Notes: generated from the letters alone by a model not told the origin. Shown: positions 1 through 12,429, numbered from the stretch's first letter. The stretch is 64,000 bases of DNA from an uncultured delta proteobacterium (GCA_963843145.1 CAWJJC010000020.1:320001-384000); one strand, 5' to 3'. Translations and numbers: made by a program.

Positions 1-1154
<1,154 letters not shown>

Positions 1155-1319
1155 CGGACGTAGAAGCCCTTGAATTGGTTGATCAGGATGGAACAGGGAG
1201 GCGAGTCTGAGAAATTGAAAGTAAAATTTCCTCTGGCTGATTCAGGTTGGCCCATCGCGGCAACGGTCTGGAACCACTGATGGAAAAAATGGGCCTTGTC
1301 TGTTTTGGAGATGAGGTCG

Positions 1320-1359
1320 TGGATTGGGGAGGGTCCTCTCCCCCTCCCTCCCCAATCCA
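1320..1359. terminator. 14-bp perfect stem-loop, putative terminator of amtB1-glnK1
   Basis: TGGATTGGGGAGGG (1320-1333) pairs with CCCTCCCCAATCCA (1346-1359). There is no clear U-tract on the + strand. Confidence 0.55.
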
Positions 1360-1366
1360 GTACATA

Positions 1367-1406
1367 ACAAAATTGTCAAAAAATAAAAAAAATAATACAA
1401 TTTTGG
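1367..1406 (+). promoter_or_regulatory. Paired ACA-N4-TGT-like palindromes, putative enhancer-binding protein sites for the amtB2 promoter
   Basis: ACAAAATTGT at 1367-1376 and ACAATTTTGG at 1397-1406; same placement as the pair upstream of glnB. Confidence 0.55.
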
Positions 1407-1444
1407 ACTAACATAAAACGGCCCGCTATGGGGAAATATTTGTA

Positions 1445-1457
1445 TAACCTATTGAAA
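1445..1457 (-). promoter_or_regulatory. Putative IHF site
   Basis: Minus strand TTTCAATAGGTTA versus consensus WATCAANNNNTTR; lies between the enhancer pair and the sigma54 promoter. Confidence 0.5.
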
Positions 1458-1486
1458 TTTTATTCAAAAATACAAAAATACCCTTT

Positions 1487-1502
1487 TGGCACATTTCCTG
1501 CC
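1487..1502 (+). promoter_or_regulatory. sigma54 -24/-12 promoter of amtB2-glnK2
   Basis: TGGCACATTTCCTGCC, with GG(1488-89)-N10-GC(1500-01). Confidence 0.8.
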
Positions 1503-1557
1503 TCTGCAATCGGCAACGATTTGAAGAAATTTCTTTTCACAGGGGGAGGAAACAACC

Positions 1558-2787
1558 ATGGATGCAATCAACACGGGGGACACGGCCTTCATTTTGATCT
1601 CGGCCGCTTTAGTGATGTTCATGACCCCAGGACTGGCCTTGTTCTACGGCGGTATGGTCCGGAGCAAAAACGTCCTGGGAACCATCATGCACAGTTTTAT
1701 TATCTTAGGGCTGATTTCGGTCGAATGGGTCCTCTGGGGCTACAGCAATGCCTTCGGGCCCGACCTGGGAGGGATCATCGGCAGCCTGGATTGGTTTGGA
1801 CTGGCCGGGGTGGGAACGGCACCTTTCAAGGATTATTCGGCCACCATTCCGCACCAGGCCTTTATGGCTTTTCAACTGATGTTTGCGGTCATTACACCGG
1901 CCCTGATTACCGGGACCTTTGCGGAACGCATGAAATTCTCCACCTTTCTGGTTTTCACGCTCCTTTGGGCAACGTTGGTTTATAACCCGGTGGCCCATTG
2001 GGTTTGGGGTATCGGCGGGTGGGTCCGCGACCTGGGGGCCCTGGATTTTGCCGGCGGCACCGTAGTGCATATTAATTCCGGGATCGCCGCCCTGGCGGCC
2101 GCCATCGTCATCGGCAAACGCAAGGGATACGGTCATGAGCCGTTCCATCCCCACAATCTGCCCATGACCATCCTGGGCGCCTCCATCCTCTGGTTCGGCT
2201 GGTTCGGCTTCAATGCCGGCAGCGCCCTGGCGGCCAACGGCTTGGCCGTCTCGGCCTTTGTGGCCACCCATATCGCCGCCGCGGCCGCGACCCTCTCCTG
2301 GACCTTTACCGAATGGCTCTATCGGGGCAAGCCTACCACCCTGGGGGCCGCCAGCGGCTGCGTGGCCGGCCTGGTGGCTATTACCCCGGCCGCTGGTTTC
2401 GTGGGCCCCCTTTCGGCCATTATTATCGGCTTGGCGGCCGGCTGTCTCTGTTATTTTGCTATTTTCTTAAAACATAAACTCGGCTACGATGATGCCCTGG
2501 ATGTAGTCGGCGTCCATGGGGTCGGTGGGACCTTCGGCGCCCTGGCCACCGGTCTATTCGCCAGCAAGGCCATCAACGAGGCCGGCAACAATGGCCTATT
2601 TTTCGGGAATCCGTCGCTCCTCGGCACCCAGGCCCTCGCCGTGGGAGTCACCTTGATTTACTCCTTTGTGATGACCCTGATCATCCTCAAGGTCCTGGAC
2701 TGGACCATGGGCCTGCGGGTGGAAACGGAAGAGGAGAGGGCCGGGCTGGATATCAGTCAACACAGTGAAGTGGGCTATACCCTATAG
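1558..2787 (+). CDS. amtB: Ammonium transporter AmtB, 409 aa
   Basis: LVMFMTPGLALFYGG, FAERMKF, DFAGGTVVHINSG, WFGWFGFNAGS and DDALDVVGVHGVGG. Confidence 0.97.
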   Translation: MDAINTGDTAFILISAALVMFMTPGLALFYGGMVRSKNVLGTIMHSFIILGLISVEWVLWGYSNAFGPDLGGIIGSLDWFGLAGVGTAPFKDYSATIPHQAFMAFQLMFAVITPALITGTFAERMKFSTFLVFTLLWATLVYNPVAHWVWGIGGWVRDLGALDFAGGTVVHINSGIAALAAAIVIGKRKGYGHEPFHPHNLPMTILGASILWFGWFGFNAGSALAANGLAVSAFVATHIAAAAATLSWTFTEWLYRGKPTTLGAASGCVAGLVAITPAAGFVGPLSAIIIGLAAGCLCYFAIFLKHKLGYDDALDVVGVHGVGGTFGALATGLFASKAINEAGNNGLFFGNPSLLGTQALAVGVTLIYSFVMTLIILKVLDWTMGLRVETEEERAGLDISQHSEVGYTL

Positions 2788-3138
<351 letters not shown>

Positions 3139-3158
3139 AAGGCGCGACGAGGCGGGTA

Positions 3159-3893
3159 ATGAACAAAACGGCTCTCATTCTGCAGCATACTGCCGAAGAA
3201 CGGGGAGGCCTGTTTGAAGAAGTCCTTCTGGAACTGGGATGGGGCTTGGAGATCCTGCCTCTCTTTGCCGGAGCGGATCTCCCCGCCTCCCCTTACGGGT
3301 TTGACCTGACTCTGGTCATGGGCGGACCCATGAGCGCCAATCAGGAAAAGGCCTATCCCTTTCTCAAAAAAGAAATACCCTTTCTCCGGAAAGCCCTGAA
3401 AACGGAGGAACCGGTCTTGGGAATCTGCCTGGGGGCCCAACTTATGGCCAAAGCCTTAGGGGCCAAGGTCTATCCCGGACCTCATAAGGAAATTGGCTGG
3501 TACTGGCTGAACCAGACCCCTTCGGCGCGAAACGATCCCCTTTTTTCCCAGTTGGATCCTTATTTCATGGTCTTCCAGTGGCATGGAGAGACCTTCGACC
3601 TTCCCCCCGGGGCGGACTGCCTGGCCGGCAACCCCGCCTATCCTCACCAGGCCTTCCGCTGGGGGACGATGGCCTACGGGTTTCAATTCCACCTAGAAAT
3701 CACCCAACCCATGCTGGAGACCTGGCTGACCTCCTGGGGGGAAGACATCAGAAAGGCCCGCCCCCAACCGAACACGGCTCAGGATATTCTGCGGGACGCC
3801 GCTATTTATCTGGAACGTCTCCAGGCCCAGGCCCGTCGGGTTTTACTGGGCTACCTCCAGTTCTTGGAAACAAAAGGAAAATCCGTTCATTAA
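3159..3893 (+). CDS. Stand-alone class I glutamine amidotransferase (GMP-synthase-like)
   Basis: GGPMSAN, LGICLGAQL (nucleophile Cys), FQWHGETF and FQFHLE (His-Glu). Confidence 0.88.
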   Translation: MNKTALILQHTAEERGGLFEEVLLELGWGLEILPLFAGADLPASPYGFDLTLVMGGPMSANQEKAYPFLKKEIPFLRKALKTEEPVLGICLGAQLMAKALGAKVYPGPHKEIGWYWLNQTPSARNDPLFSQLDPYFMVFQWHGETFDLPPGADCLAGNPAYPHQAFRWGTMAYGFQFHLEITQPMLETWLTSWGEDIRKARPQPNTAQDILRDAAIYLERLQAQARRVLLGYLQFLETKGKSVH

Positions 3894-3896
3894 CAT

Positions 3897-3948
3897 TACA
3901 ATAATGTATAATTATTTGGCAAATTAAATACAATACTGTATAATTATT
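3897..3948 (+). promoter_or_regulatory. 20-bp direct repeat (19/20 identical), each copy containing TACA-N4-TGTA; putative enhancer sites
   Basis: TACAATAATGTATAATTATT at 3897-3916 and TACAATACTGTATAATTATT at 3929-3948. Confidence 0.65.
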
Positions 3949-4016
3949 CTCCGAGGATCCCCGAGTCTGTTTTTTTAGCCCATTGTTATTATTGTTTTTT
4001 TATATATTGGGGGGAA

Positions 4017-4032
4017 TGGCACAGGGATTGCT
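4017..4032 (+). promoter_or_regulatory. sigma54 promoter of glnB-glnD(-glnA)
   Basis: TGGCACAGGGATTGCT is a perfect TGGCAC-N5-TTGCW match; IHF-like TAACAATGGGCTA on the minus strand at 3976-3988. Confidence 0.9.
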
Positions 4033-4089
4033 TTTATAATAAATACCATTCCATAAATTCAATTAATCCAGACGCGTCCGGACAGGTAG

Positions 4090-4443
<354 letters not shown>

Positions 4444-4483
4444 TTTTGATCGACGGCCCTCAAAGAACTCCCTTATCAGGAAA

Positions 4484-7075
4484 ATGGAACCACTCCACAA
4501 AAAATATTTGACCGAGCAACGGCTAAAGTTGCAGGAAAGACAAGCCCGAGGGGAAACCGGACTGGCGGTGGCCGGTTGGCATGCCTCCTTTATCGATGTC
4601 TTCATTATCTCGGTGTTTAACAGCCTGGAAATCCGAGGCCAATTAAGTCAGGGACGTGAGGAGACCGAATGCGTGGTCCTGGGATTAGGAGGGTACGGCC
4701 GCAAGGAATTGTCCCCCTTCTCGGATATCGATCTGCTCTTTCTTTTCCCAGGACCCATCGAATCCCCGGCCGAAGAAATCATCCGTAAAATCCTCTACCC
4801 CTTCTGGGACGTAGGTTATGAAGTAGGGTATACCGTCCAGTCCCTGGGCGAATGCTTGGATATGGCCGGCTCGGACCTCTCTTTTCTGACCGCCCTGCTG
4901 GATCTACGCCGCATAACCGGCAATCCACCCTTGGCCCAAACACTGAAGACTCAAATTAAGGCCCTGCTCAAACAAGACCTGGGACGGAGGTGGCAGGAAT
5001 GGGTGATCGCCGAGAGTGAAAAGCGGCATTTGCGCTACGGCGATTCAGCCTTTTTTCTGGAACCGCACCTGAAAGAGGGGCTGGGGGGTCTCCGGGATCT
5101 TCACCTTCTGCTCTGGATCGGCAAGGCCCTTTTCGACGCTCCGGACTTTTACTCCCTGGAGAAGGTCGGTCTATTAACCTGGGATGACCGGCGTATTCTG
5201 GCGGCCGCCCAGAATTTCTTGTTGCGGCTCCGGCATCAGCTCCATTACCAGACCGGTCGCAAGAATGACCGCCTTTCCTTTGAAACCCAGGAAGCCCTGG
5301 CGGAATGGCAGGGGGTCGCCGGTCGGGGCAATACGCTTCCCGTGGAAATATTCATGCGTGAGGTTTACCAGCACCTCCAGGATGTCCACACCATCCATCA
5401 GAACTTTTTTGAACGCCTGGCCGAATTGCAAACGGGCGGCGCCCGGCCTCGTCGGGTCCTGGAACCCGGCCTTTACCTGGAAGGGGACCGTCTGTACGTC
5501 GAATCCGCTCGGGTGCTTATCGACCACCCGACCATGTTGATGAAACTTTTCCGGCAGGCGGTCAAGGAAAACGTTCCCTTAAGCCAGGAGACCATCCGTC
5601 TGATCAAACAATGCCTTTTCTTGGTCGACGAATCCTTCCGGCGTTCCCCGGAAGTTTCTCAGCTCTTTGTGGATTTGGTCAGCGACCTGAAGACTTCCCG
5701 TTCTCTGCTGGAAGTCCTGCTGCAAACCGGCCTATTAACCCGCTATATCCCCGAGCTGGAACCTATCCGCTGCCACACCCAATTTGACACCTATCACGTC
5801 TATACGGTCGATGTTCATCTCCTCCTGACCCTGACGGAATTGAAAAAAATCGGCGAGGGTGTCTATCTGAAAGAGGAACCGCTCCTTTATGGCCTCTGGG
5901 GGGAAGTTCCGGACTTCCCGGCCCTTTTCCTGGCGGCCTTACTCCACGATATCGGCAAGGGGGTCGGTAAAAATCACGCCCACCAGGGGGCGCTGCTGAT
6001 TCCTCAAATTGCCGAACGCTTGAATTTATCCGCCGTCACCGCTGAAACCATCCGATTTTTAGTCGATCACCACCTGCTGCTGGCCGATACGGCCCTGCGC
6101 CGCGATCTGAATGACGAAGAATTGATAATCCGCTGCGCTCAAATTATTCAGGACCCCGGCCGGCTGAAGATGCTTTACTTATTGACCTATGCCGACTCGC
6201 TGGCTACGGGTTTTCGAGCTTGGAACAACTGGAAATCCATGCTGATCCGGGAGTTGTTTTTCAAACTGCTGCGAGTCCTGGAGCAGGGAGAGATGGCAAC
6301 CGGCCAGGCCCGGGAAACTCTTAAATCGGCCCGTCTCGAGATCCTGCGTCTGATCGGGCCGGAGATGACGGCCCAGGAAGCCCGGGCACTATTGGAGGGC
6401 ATGCCGGCCACCTACCTCCTCTCAGTCCCCCCGGAAAAGGCGGTCCAACATCTTAAATTGCTCCGACAGTTGAATGAAAACCCCTTAGCCTGGTCCGTAA
6501 AAAAGCAGGATGGAATAGTCGACCTGTTTATCTGCTGTCCGGACCGCCCGGGGCTCTTCTCCCGACTCACCGGGGTTTTAAGCATCAACAACATTAATAT
6601 CTTGGGGGCTCAAATTTTCACCCGAACCGACCATATCGCCCTGGATATCTTTCAGGTCCAGCCACCCCTGGATCCCCTTTTTGAGGAAGAAACCTGGGAA
6701 AAGGTGCACACGCAGTTGCTCAAGGCCGTCCAGGGGAAACTGGCCCTGGATTATCGTCTGGCCCAGAAAAAACCCAGTCCCCTGCTGTCATCGGGGGCAG
6801 GCATTCACTCCGAAAGTAAGGTCGTGGTCGACAACCACGGCTCTGACTTTTTCACTATCCTGGAAATTTTTTCCCAGGACCGATTGGGGCTGCTCTACAA
6901 TATCTCTAAGGCCCTCTACGAGGCGGAACTTAATATTCACTTTGCCAAGATTTCCACCAAGGTGGACCAGGTAGTGGACGTTTTTTATGTGGCCGATCTG
7001 GATGGACAAAAGATACGGGATGAAGAGCAGATCGAGGAGATCAAGAAGGCCATATGTTTCGCCCTGGACCAATAA
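4484..7075 (+). CDS. glnD: [Protein-PII] uridylyltransferase/uridylyl-removing enzyme
   Basis: GLGGYGRKELSPFSDIDLL, KEGLGGLRDLH, HD domain (HVYTVDVH, LLHDIGKG) and two C-terminal ACT domains (DRPGLF, DRLGLLY). Start set at ATG 4484. Confidence 0.95.
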   Translation: MEPLHKKYLTEQRLKLQERQARGETGLAVAGWHASFIDVFIISVFNSLEIRGQLSQGREETECVVLGLGGYGRKELSPFSDIDLLFLFPGPIESPAEEIIRKILYPFWDVGYEVGYTVQSLGECLDMAGSDLSFLTALLDLRRITGNPPLAQTLKTQIKALLKQDLGRRWQEWVIAESEKRHLRYGDSAFFLEPHLKEGLGGLRDLHLLLWIGKALFDAPDFYSLEKVGLLTWDDRRILAAAQNFLLRLRHQLHYQTGRKNDRLSFETQEALAEWQGVAGRGNTLPVEIFMREVYQHLQDVHTIHQNFFERLAELQTGGARPRRVLEPGLYLEGDRLYVESARVLIDHPTMLMKLFRQAVKENVPLSQETIRLIKQCLFLVDESFRRSPEVSQLFVDLVSDLKTSRSLLEVLLQTGLLTRYIPELEPIRCHTQFDTYHVYTVDVHLLLTLTELKKIGEGVYLKEEPLLYGLWGEVPDFPALFLAALLHDIGKGVGKNHAHQGALLIPQIAERLNLSAVTAETIRFLVDHHLLLADTALRRDLNDEELIIRCAQIIQDPGRLKMLYLLTYADSLATGFRAWNNWKSMLIRELFFKLLRVLEQGEMATGQARETLKSARLEILRLIGPEMTAQEARALLEGMPATYLLSVPPEKAVQHLKLLRQLNENPLAWSVKKQDGIVDLFICCPDRPGLFSRLTGVLSINNINILGAQIFTRTDHIALDIFQVQPPLDPLFEEETWEKVHTQLLKAVQGKLALDYRLAQKKPSPLLSSGAGIHSESKVVVDNHGSDFFTILEIFSQDRLGLLYNISKALYEAELNIHFAKISTKVDQVVDVFYVADLDGQKIRDEEQIEEIKKAICFALDQ

Positions 7076-7147
7076 CCCGATAATAATTTACAGGTAAATA
7101 AAATCTGTTTTAACAACCATAACCCAAATCTAAGGAGGATTAAGAAA

Positions 7148-8560
7148 ATGACCCCGAAAGAAGTTTTAGCATTCGCCCAAAAGAACAAGACCAAGATGGT
7201 GGATTTAAAGTTCCTGGATTTCCCCGGCATCTGGCAGCACTTCAGCGTCCCACTCCATGAACTGGACGAAGCTTCCTTTGAGGGGGGCTTCGGTTTTGAC
7301 GGTTCGAGCATCCGGGGCTGGCAGCCCATTCACGCCAGCGACATGCTGGTTATCCCGGATCCGGATACGGCCGTCATGGACCCCTTTATGGCCGTCCCCA
7401 CCTTAAGCCTGATCTGCAACGTAGCCGACCCCATAACCAAGGAAGCCTATAGCCGGGATCCGCGCAATATTGCCCATAAGGCGGAAAACTACTTGAAGTT
7501 TACCGGGCTGGCCGATACGGCTTTCTTTGGTCCGGAAGCCGAATTTTTTATCTTCGATGACATCCGCTACGACGGAGGGTCCAATTTCGCCTTTTATCAG
7601 ATCGATTCGGTGGAGGGGGTCTGGAACAGCGGCCGGGAAGAAAATCCCAACCTGGGCTATAAACCCCGCCACAAAGAAGGCTATTTCCCGGTTTCCCCCA
7701 CCGACAGCCAGCAGGACCTGCGCACGGAAATGGTCCTGGTCATGGAACAGCTCGGCATGGAAATCGAATGTCAGCATCACGAGGTGGCTACGGCCGGGCA
7801 GGCGGAAATCGACATGAAGTTTCAGCCCTTGGTCAAGATGGGCGACCAGCTCATGTGGTTCAAATATGTCATCAAGAACGTGGCCAAAAGGAACAACAAG
7901 ACCGTTACCTTCATGCCCAAACCGCTTTTCGCCGACAACGGGTCGGGCATGCACACCCATGTCAGCCTGTGGAAGGGCGGCAACCCCCTCTTCGCCGGGG
8001 ACAAGTATGCCGGTCTCAGCCAGCAGGCCCTGTATGCCGCCGGCGGGATATTGAAACATGCTCGGGCCCTGTGCGCCTTCACCAACCCGACCACCAACTC
8101 CTACAAACGTCTGGTCCCCGGATTTGAAGCCCCGGTCAATCTGGCCTATTCCAGCCGAAACCGCAGCGCCGCCATCCGCATCCCCATGTATTCTCCTTCT
8201 CCTAAGGCCAAAAGGCTTGAATTCCGGACCCCCGATCCTTCCTGCAACGGCTATCTGGCCTTTTCGGCCATTCTGATGGCCGTGCTCGACGGCATTGAAA
8301 ACCGCCTGGATCCCGGAGAACCTTTAGACAAGGACATTTACGGCCTCAGCCCGGAGGAATTGGCCAATGTGCCTTCGGCTCCCGGATCTTTAGAAGAATC
8401 CCTGAACGCCCTGAAGGAAGATCATGAATTTTTGCTGCGGGGCGATGTCTTTACTCCGGACGTGATCGAGAAATGGATCGAGTACAAGACCGAGGGGGAA
8501 GTAAACCCGGTGCGGCTTCGTCCCCATCCTCATGAATTTATGCTTTATTTTGATATCTAA
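7148..8560 (+). CDS. glnA: Glutamine synthetase type I (adenylylatable)
   Basis: [55 protein letters not shown]; adenylylation-loop Tyr in DKDIYGL. Confidence 0.98.
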   Translation: MTPKEVLAFAQKNKTKMVDLKFLDFPGIWQHFSVPLHELDEASFEGGFGFDGSSIRGWQPIHASDMLVIPDPDTAVMDPFMAVPTLSLICNVADPITKEAYSRDPRNIAHKAENYLKFTGLADTAFFGPEAEFFIFDDIRYDGGSNFAFYQIDSVEGVWNSGREENPNLGYKPRHKEGYFPVSPTDSQQDLRTEMVLVMEQLGMEIECQHHEVATAGQAEIDMKFQPLVKMGDQLMWFKYVIKNVAKRNNKTVTFMPKPLFADNGSGMHTHVSLWKGGNPLFAGDKYAGLSQQALYAAGGILKHARALCAFTNPTTNSYKRLVPGFEAPVNLAYSSRNRSAAIRIPMYSPSPKAKRLEFRTPDPSCNGYLAFSAILMAVLDGIENRLDPGEPLDKDIYGLSPEELANVPSAPGSLEESLNALKEDHEFLLRGDVFTPDVIEKWIEYKTEGEVNPVRLRPHPHEFMLYFDI

Positions 8561-8599
8561 ACGACTCTGAGGCACGAGCGGAAAGGTCAACTTATCGGC

Positions 8600-8644
8600 G
8601 GTGGGCGGCGAATCTATCCTTTATTGGAGGGCTTCGCCCCCACC
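8600..8644 (+). terminator. GC-rich hairpin after glnA
   Basis: GGTGGG(C)GGCGAA pairs with TTCGCCCCCACC; no strong U-tract. Confidence 0.45.
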
Positions 8645-8815
8645 CCCAACATTAACCCCTAACCAGTAATCTTTTATCTTTTGGTTCATACCCGATATCC
8701 GAATTTCGAGTTTGAAGATCCCGGTGTTCAAATGGTAGAGATAGATTTTCAGATTAAATGGTGTAAGAATCAAGCCCTGTTTTTCGGACCTTTCAGAATC
8801 CGCTGATTAAGAACC

Positions 8816-11752
8816 ATGCCCCCCGATGGCCAATCCCTTTTAGATGAAATTCGGCTTTTTTCCCCGTACCTGAGCCAGGTCCTTCAGCAGCAGCCTTCAT
8901 TGGCCGAGGAGATCTTTCTCCGGGAAGGATACCATTCCCGGTTGTCTCGAAACCAGTTGGGCCAGATGCTGCGGAATCAATTGGACGGCCGGGAAGATTT
9001 TCAGGCCTTCGGCCTCTCCTTGCGGCGCTTCAAACAGGCGGAGATCCTGCGTATTGCCGCCCGCGACCTGGGAGGCCGGATTTCCTTAAGGGACTGTACC
9101 CAGGAGTTGACCAACCTGGCCCAGGTTTGCCTGGAGATGGCCACAGCCTATAGCTACCGGGAACTGGTCAAAGGAAAAAGCTGGGATCCTATTTTGCTGG
9201 AACAAAAAGGGCTGGTAGTTCTGGGGTTGGGGAAATTCGGGGGAGAGGAACTGAATTTCAGCTCCGACATCGATCTGATCTTCCTTTATCAACCCTTGGC
9301 GGACCTCCCCTTTTCTTTTGGCGAGCAAAGGGAATTTTACCAACTCCTGACCCGGCGTATCACCCAGTCCATGGCCGCCCTGATGGACGGCGATTTGGTT
9401 TTTCGGGTGGATTTAAACCTCCGTCCCGGCGGAAAAGATTCCGAGTTGGCCCTCAGCCTGGAAAACGCCTTGGAATATTACCAGTCAGAGGCCAAGACCT
9501 GGGAACGGATGGCCTTGATCAAATCCCGGGTGGTGGCCGGAAACCTGGAATTGGGACGACGCTTTCTGGAAGGAATCCAACCGGTCGTTTACCGCCGAGT
9601 GATGGACTACAGTGTTCTGGAGGATATCCGGGGACTTAAGGAACGAATACTCCAGGAAGCCCGTTCCCATCTGCTGGCCGACAACAACATTAAACTCGGA
9701 CCCGGGGGGATTCGGGAAATCGAATTTATCGTCCAGGCCCTGCAGTTGGTTTTTGGGGGCCGCCTCCCGGTGATTAGAGAAAGAAATACCTTAGCGGCCC
9801 TGCGCCGGCTGTATCAGACCCATCTGCTGCCCAAAGAAGAATATCGCCACCTGGTAAAGGCCTATACCTATTTGCGAACCTTGGAACATCGTCTCCAAAT
9901 GCGTCACCAACGACAAACCCATAGCCTGCCCAAGGAACCCGAACCCTTGAGCCAGGTGGCCCGGTCCATGCCTCGACGGAAATCAACGGAACCCTTAAGC
10001 CTGGAAAGCTGGCTTCGCGAATTGGCCCAGATCCGGGAAGGGGTTCAACAGACCTTTGCCCAATTGCTGCTGGCACCGTTCTCGGTTTCTCCCCAGGAAG
10101 TTTCGCGTCTCTTTGAGCCGCAAGAACCCGAAGATTGGAAAACCTCGCTCTCGACCTTGGGGTTTCAACAATGGGCCGCCGCCCGGGAAATTATCGTTTC
10201 TTGGAAAGCCCGCATGGCCTCTTCCCAACGGGCCCAGAGAGAAAAAGAATTGTTGGTCCGAATAGTTCCCGCGCTGCTCCACGGGGTTATTCAAACCCCT
10301 GATCCGGATCAGACCCTTTATTTTTTGGACCTTTTTTTGAAGAGCCTCGGCGGCCGGACCGGGATACTGTCCATGCTCCTGGAACGGACCACCCTGTTAA
10401 CGGAAATCCTCCATTTGTTTGCCCGAAGCACCTTGCTGTCCCGGTTCTTTATCCAGAATCCCGAGCTGGTTGATCGTCTGGCCCTGCGCCGGGAAAGCGG
10501 CTTTTCCTTTTATTCCGACTGGCCCAGTCCCTTGCCGGTTAAACGACCGGCGCACCCGGACCTGGAAGACAACCTCTCCCGGTTGCGCCGCTGGAAAAAC
10601 GAGCATTTTTTGGAAATCGCCCTGGAGGAAATGGCCGGGAGGCTGAATCCCTCCGAGGCCTCCGAACGATTGTCTCTATTGGCGGACCAAGTGATTGTGG
10701 AAACCGCCCGGGTCGCCGAAGATACCCTCAGCCGGGAAGTGATTCATCCCATTTATCCCCGATCTTCCAAGGCCCGCCCCCCGGCCCCTTTCTGCATTCT
10801 GGGGTTGGGGAAATTGGGTGGTCAGGACCTCGGCTATGCCTCCGACCTGGACCTGATGTTCGTTTATTCCTTAAAGACCGTCTTTCCCGATGAGGCCCAA
10901 TCCGCTTCGCGGGCCACTCGGTCAAAAGAGTCTCGGCCCTGGATAACCTGGAGTGAATATCTGGTCCGTTTGGCCCAACGCTTGATTTCATATATCTCTC
11001 TGCCCCTCAAGGAAGGTCCGGGTTATGGAGTGGATACCCGGTTAAGGCCTTCCGGGACCTTTGGGCCCCTGGTCGTTTCCCTGGAATCTTTTCGGGAGTA
11101 TTACCGTCACCAGGCCCAGAATTGGGAACTGCAAATGCTGCTCAAGGCCCGGGTGATCGCCGGGCCGGAACTCCTGGCCCGGCAAATCCGGGAAGAAATT
11201 CAGAGGCTTCTCTATCAAACGCCTGCCCCCGCGGGTATTCAAGAAGAAATGGCGTATTTTCGCAAACGTATGGAAGTGGAGCGGTCTGGGGAAGGGGGCG
11301 AACGGGTCAACCCCAAATTGGGCTATGGGGGCATGAGCGACGTTGAATTTATCGCCCAATATTTACAGCGGCTCCACGGCCTCCAGGTTCCCGAGGTCCG
11401 CCAAACCAACACCTTGAAAGTTTTACAGGCCCTGCGGGACACGGGGGGCCTGACGGAAGAGGCCTATCTAATTCTGCGGGACGGACATCAGTTTTTGTGC
11501 TCCCTGGATCACGGATTACAGCTCCTCCTGGACCGGCGGGAAGAGCCGCGGACCTACCTCCCGAAAGAGATCAAGCGCCTGGAAAAACTGAATTTAATGG
11601 GCTTGGGCCAGGCACCTCGGGCGCCGATCCTTTCCTGGGATCTTTACCGGCATTATCGCAAGGTGACCCAAAATATTCGCCTCCATTTTCAGAAGATTTT
11701 CAATCCGACCCATAAAAAAAGTAGATCCTCGGTATCCGGTGGGCTAATATGA
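8816..11752 (+). CDS. glnE: Bifunctional GS adenylyltransferase/adenylyl-removing enzyme
   Basis: Two nucleotidyltransferase repeats: GLGKFGGEELNFSSDIDLIF and GLGKLGGQDLGYASDLDLMF, with RVDLNLRP / VDTRLRP and KLGPGGIREIEF. Confidence 0.95.
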   Translation: MPPDGQSLLDEIRLFSPYLSQVLQQQPSLAEEIFLREGYHSRLSRNQLGQMLRNQLDGREDFQAFGLSLRRFKQAEILRIAARDLGGRISLRDCTQELTNLAQVCLEMATAYSYRELVKGKSWDPILLEQKGLVVLGLGKFGGEELNFSSDIDLIFLYQPLADLPFSFGEQREFYQLLTRRITQSMAALMDGDLVFRVDLNLRPGGKDSELALSLENALEYYQSEAKTWERMALIKSRVVAGNLELGRRFLEGIQPVVYRRVMDYSVLEDIRGLKERILQEARSHLLADNNIKLGPGGIREIEFIVQALQLVFGGRLPVIRERNTLAALRRLYQTHLLPKEEYRHLVKAYTYLRTLEHRLQMRHQRQTHSLPKEPEPLSQVARSMPRRKSTEPLSLESWLRELAQIREGVQQTFAQLLLAPFSVSPQEVSRLFEPQEPEDWKTSLSTLGFQQWAAAREIIVSWKARMASSQRAQREKELLVRIVPALLHGVIQTPDPDQTLYFLDLFLKSLGGRTGILSMLLERTTLLTEILHLFARSTLLSRFFIQNPELVDRLALRRESGFSFYSDWPSPLPVKRPAHPDLEDNLSRLRRWKNEHFLEIALEEMAGRLNPSEASERLSLLADQVIVETARVAEDTLSREVIHPIYPRSSKARPPAPFCILGLGKLGGQDLGYASDLDLMFVYSLKTVFPDEAQSASRATRSKESRPWITWSEYLVRLAQRLISYISLPLKEGPGYGVDTRLRPSGTFGPLVVSLESFREYYRHQAQNWELQMLLKARVIAGPELLARQIREEIQRLLYQTPAPAGIQEEMAYFRKRMEVERSGEGGERVNPKLGYGGMSDVEFIAQYLQRLHGLQVPEVRQTNTLKVLQALRDTGGLTEEAYLILRDGHQFLCSLDHGLQLLLDRREEPRTYLPKEIKRLEKLNLMGLGQAPRAPILSWDLYRHYRKVTQNIRLHFQKIFNPTHKKSRSSVSGGLI

Positions 11753-12009
11753 CCTCTTTATCGGGAAAAAATTTAGCGAGAATAAGGAAATTGAGTGGGA
11801 TCGTTACCGGACCCACGTCAGCCGCTATGGGCTGGAAAAATATCTTCCGATTTTATGGTTACTAGCTGCCTTGAGCCTTTGGCCTTCAGGATAAAGACAA
11901 TTTTTTATTGCTTTTTATTCAAAAATATGATTAATTATAAGTTTTGCTTTTTGTTCAAATTAAATAAAATGATTATTTAATTATAAATAATATTTGGTGG
12001 GTATTTTTT

Positions 12010-12429
12010 ATGGGTACTAATCCGTCCGACATGAAAATCGATATTTTTTTCTGTCAACAGATCGATCCGGCTCAAGACCTTAACCGCCGGGTGATAGAAA
12101 AAGAACTGGGCCCGCGAATCAAATTTTTCCCACTCCCCTGCAGCGGGCGCATTGAATCGCTTCATTTCCTGCGCGCCATGGAGTCGGGGGCGGATCTGGT
12201 CTTTCTGATCACCTGCCCTGAAAAAGCCTGCCGCTACCAGCAAGGCAACACCCGCGCCCGGAAGCGGATGCAATACGCTCAAAAGTTGATTCAGGAAATC
12301 GGAATGGATCCCGAGCGACTGGTTTTGGTAATGACCCGCCCGCCCCTGCCCCAAGCCATCGATCAACTCACCCGGGAGCTCCTGACCCGGATACCGGTAA
12401 AGGGGCATTCGCTCCTGCGCCGGTTGTAG
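12010..12429 (+). CDS. mvhD: MvhD/FlpD-like [2Fe-2S] subunit (divergent)
   Basis: FFC..., PCSGRI, GADLVFLITCPEKACRYQQGN and IGMDPERL. Alternative start at ATG 12031. Confidence 0.85.
   Translation: MGTNPSDMKIDIFFCQQIDPAQDLNRRVIEKELGPRIKFFPLPCSGRIESLHFLRAMESGADLVFLITCPEKACRYQQGNTRARKRMQYAQKLIQEIGMDPERLVLVMTRPPLPQAIDQLTRELLTRIPVKGHSLLRRL

Noticed and set aside
1428-1985. 185-aa ORF overlapping the amtB2 promoter and start
   Set aside because: Out of frame with amtB2, runs through the sigma54 promoter, and has no recognisable domain.
3897-3948. Direct repeats considered as a mini CRISPR array
   Set aside because: Only two 20-bp copies with a 12-bp spacer and no cas genes; better explained as operator sites.
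11795-11870. ATCGTT-containing stretch after glnE considered as a glutamine riboswitch
   Set aside because: No closing GAAGxAACG strand or three-way junction pattern.
12010-12429. Possible selenocysteine recoding in mvhD
   Set aside because: All four expected ligands are ordinary Cys codons and there is no in-frame TGA.
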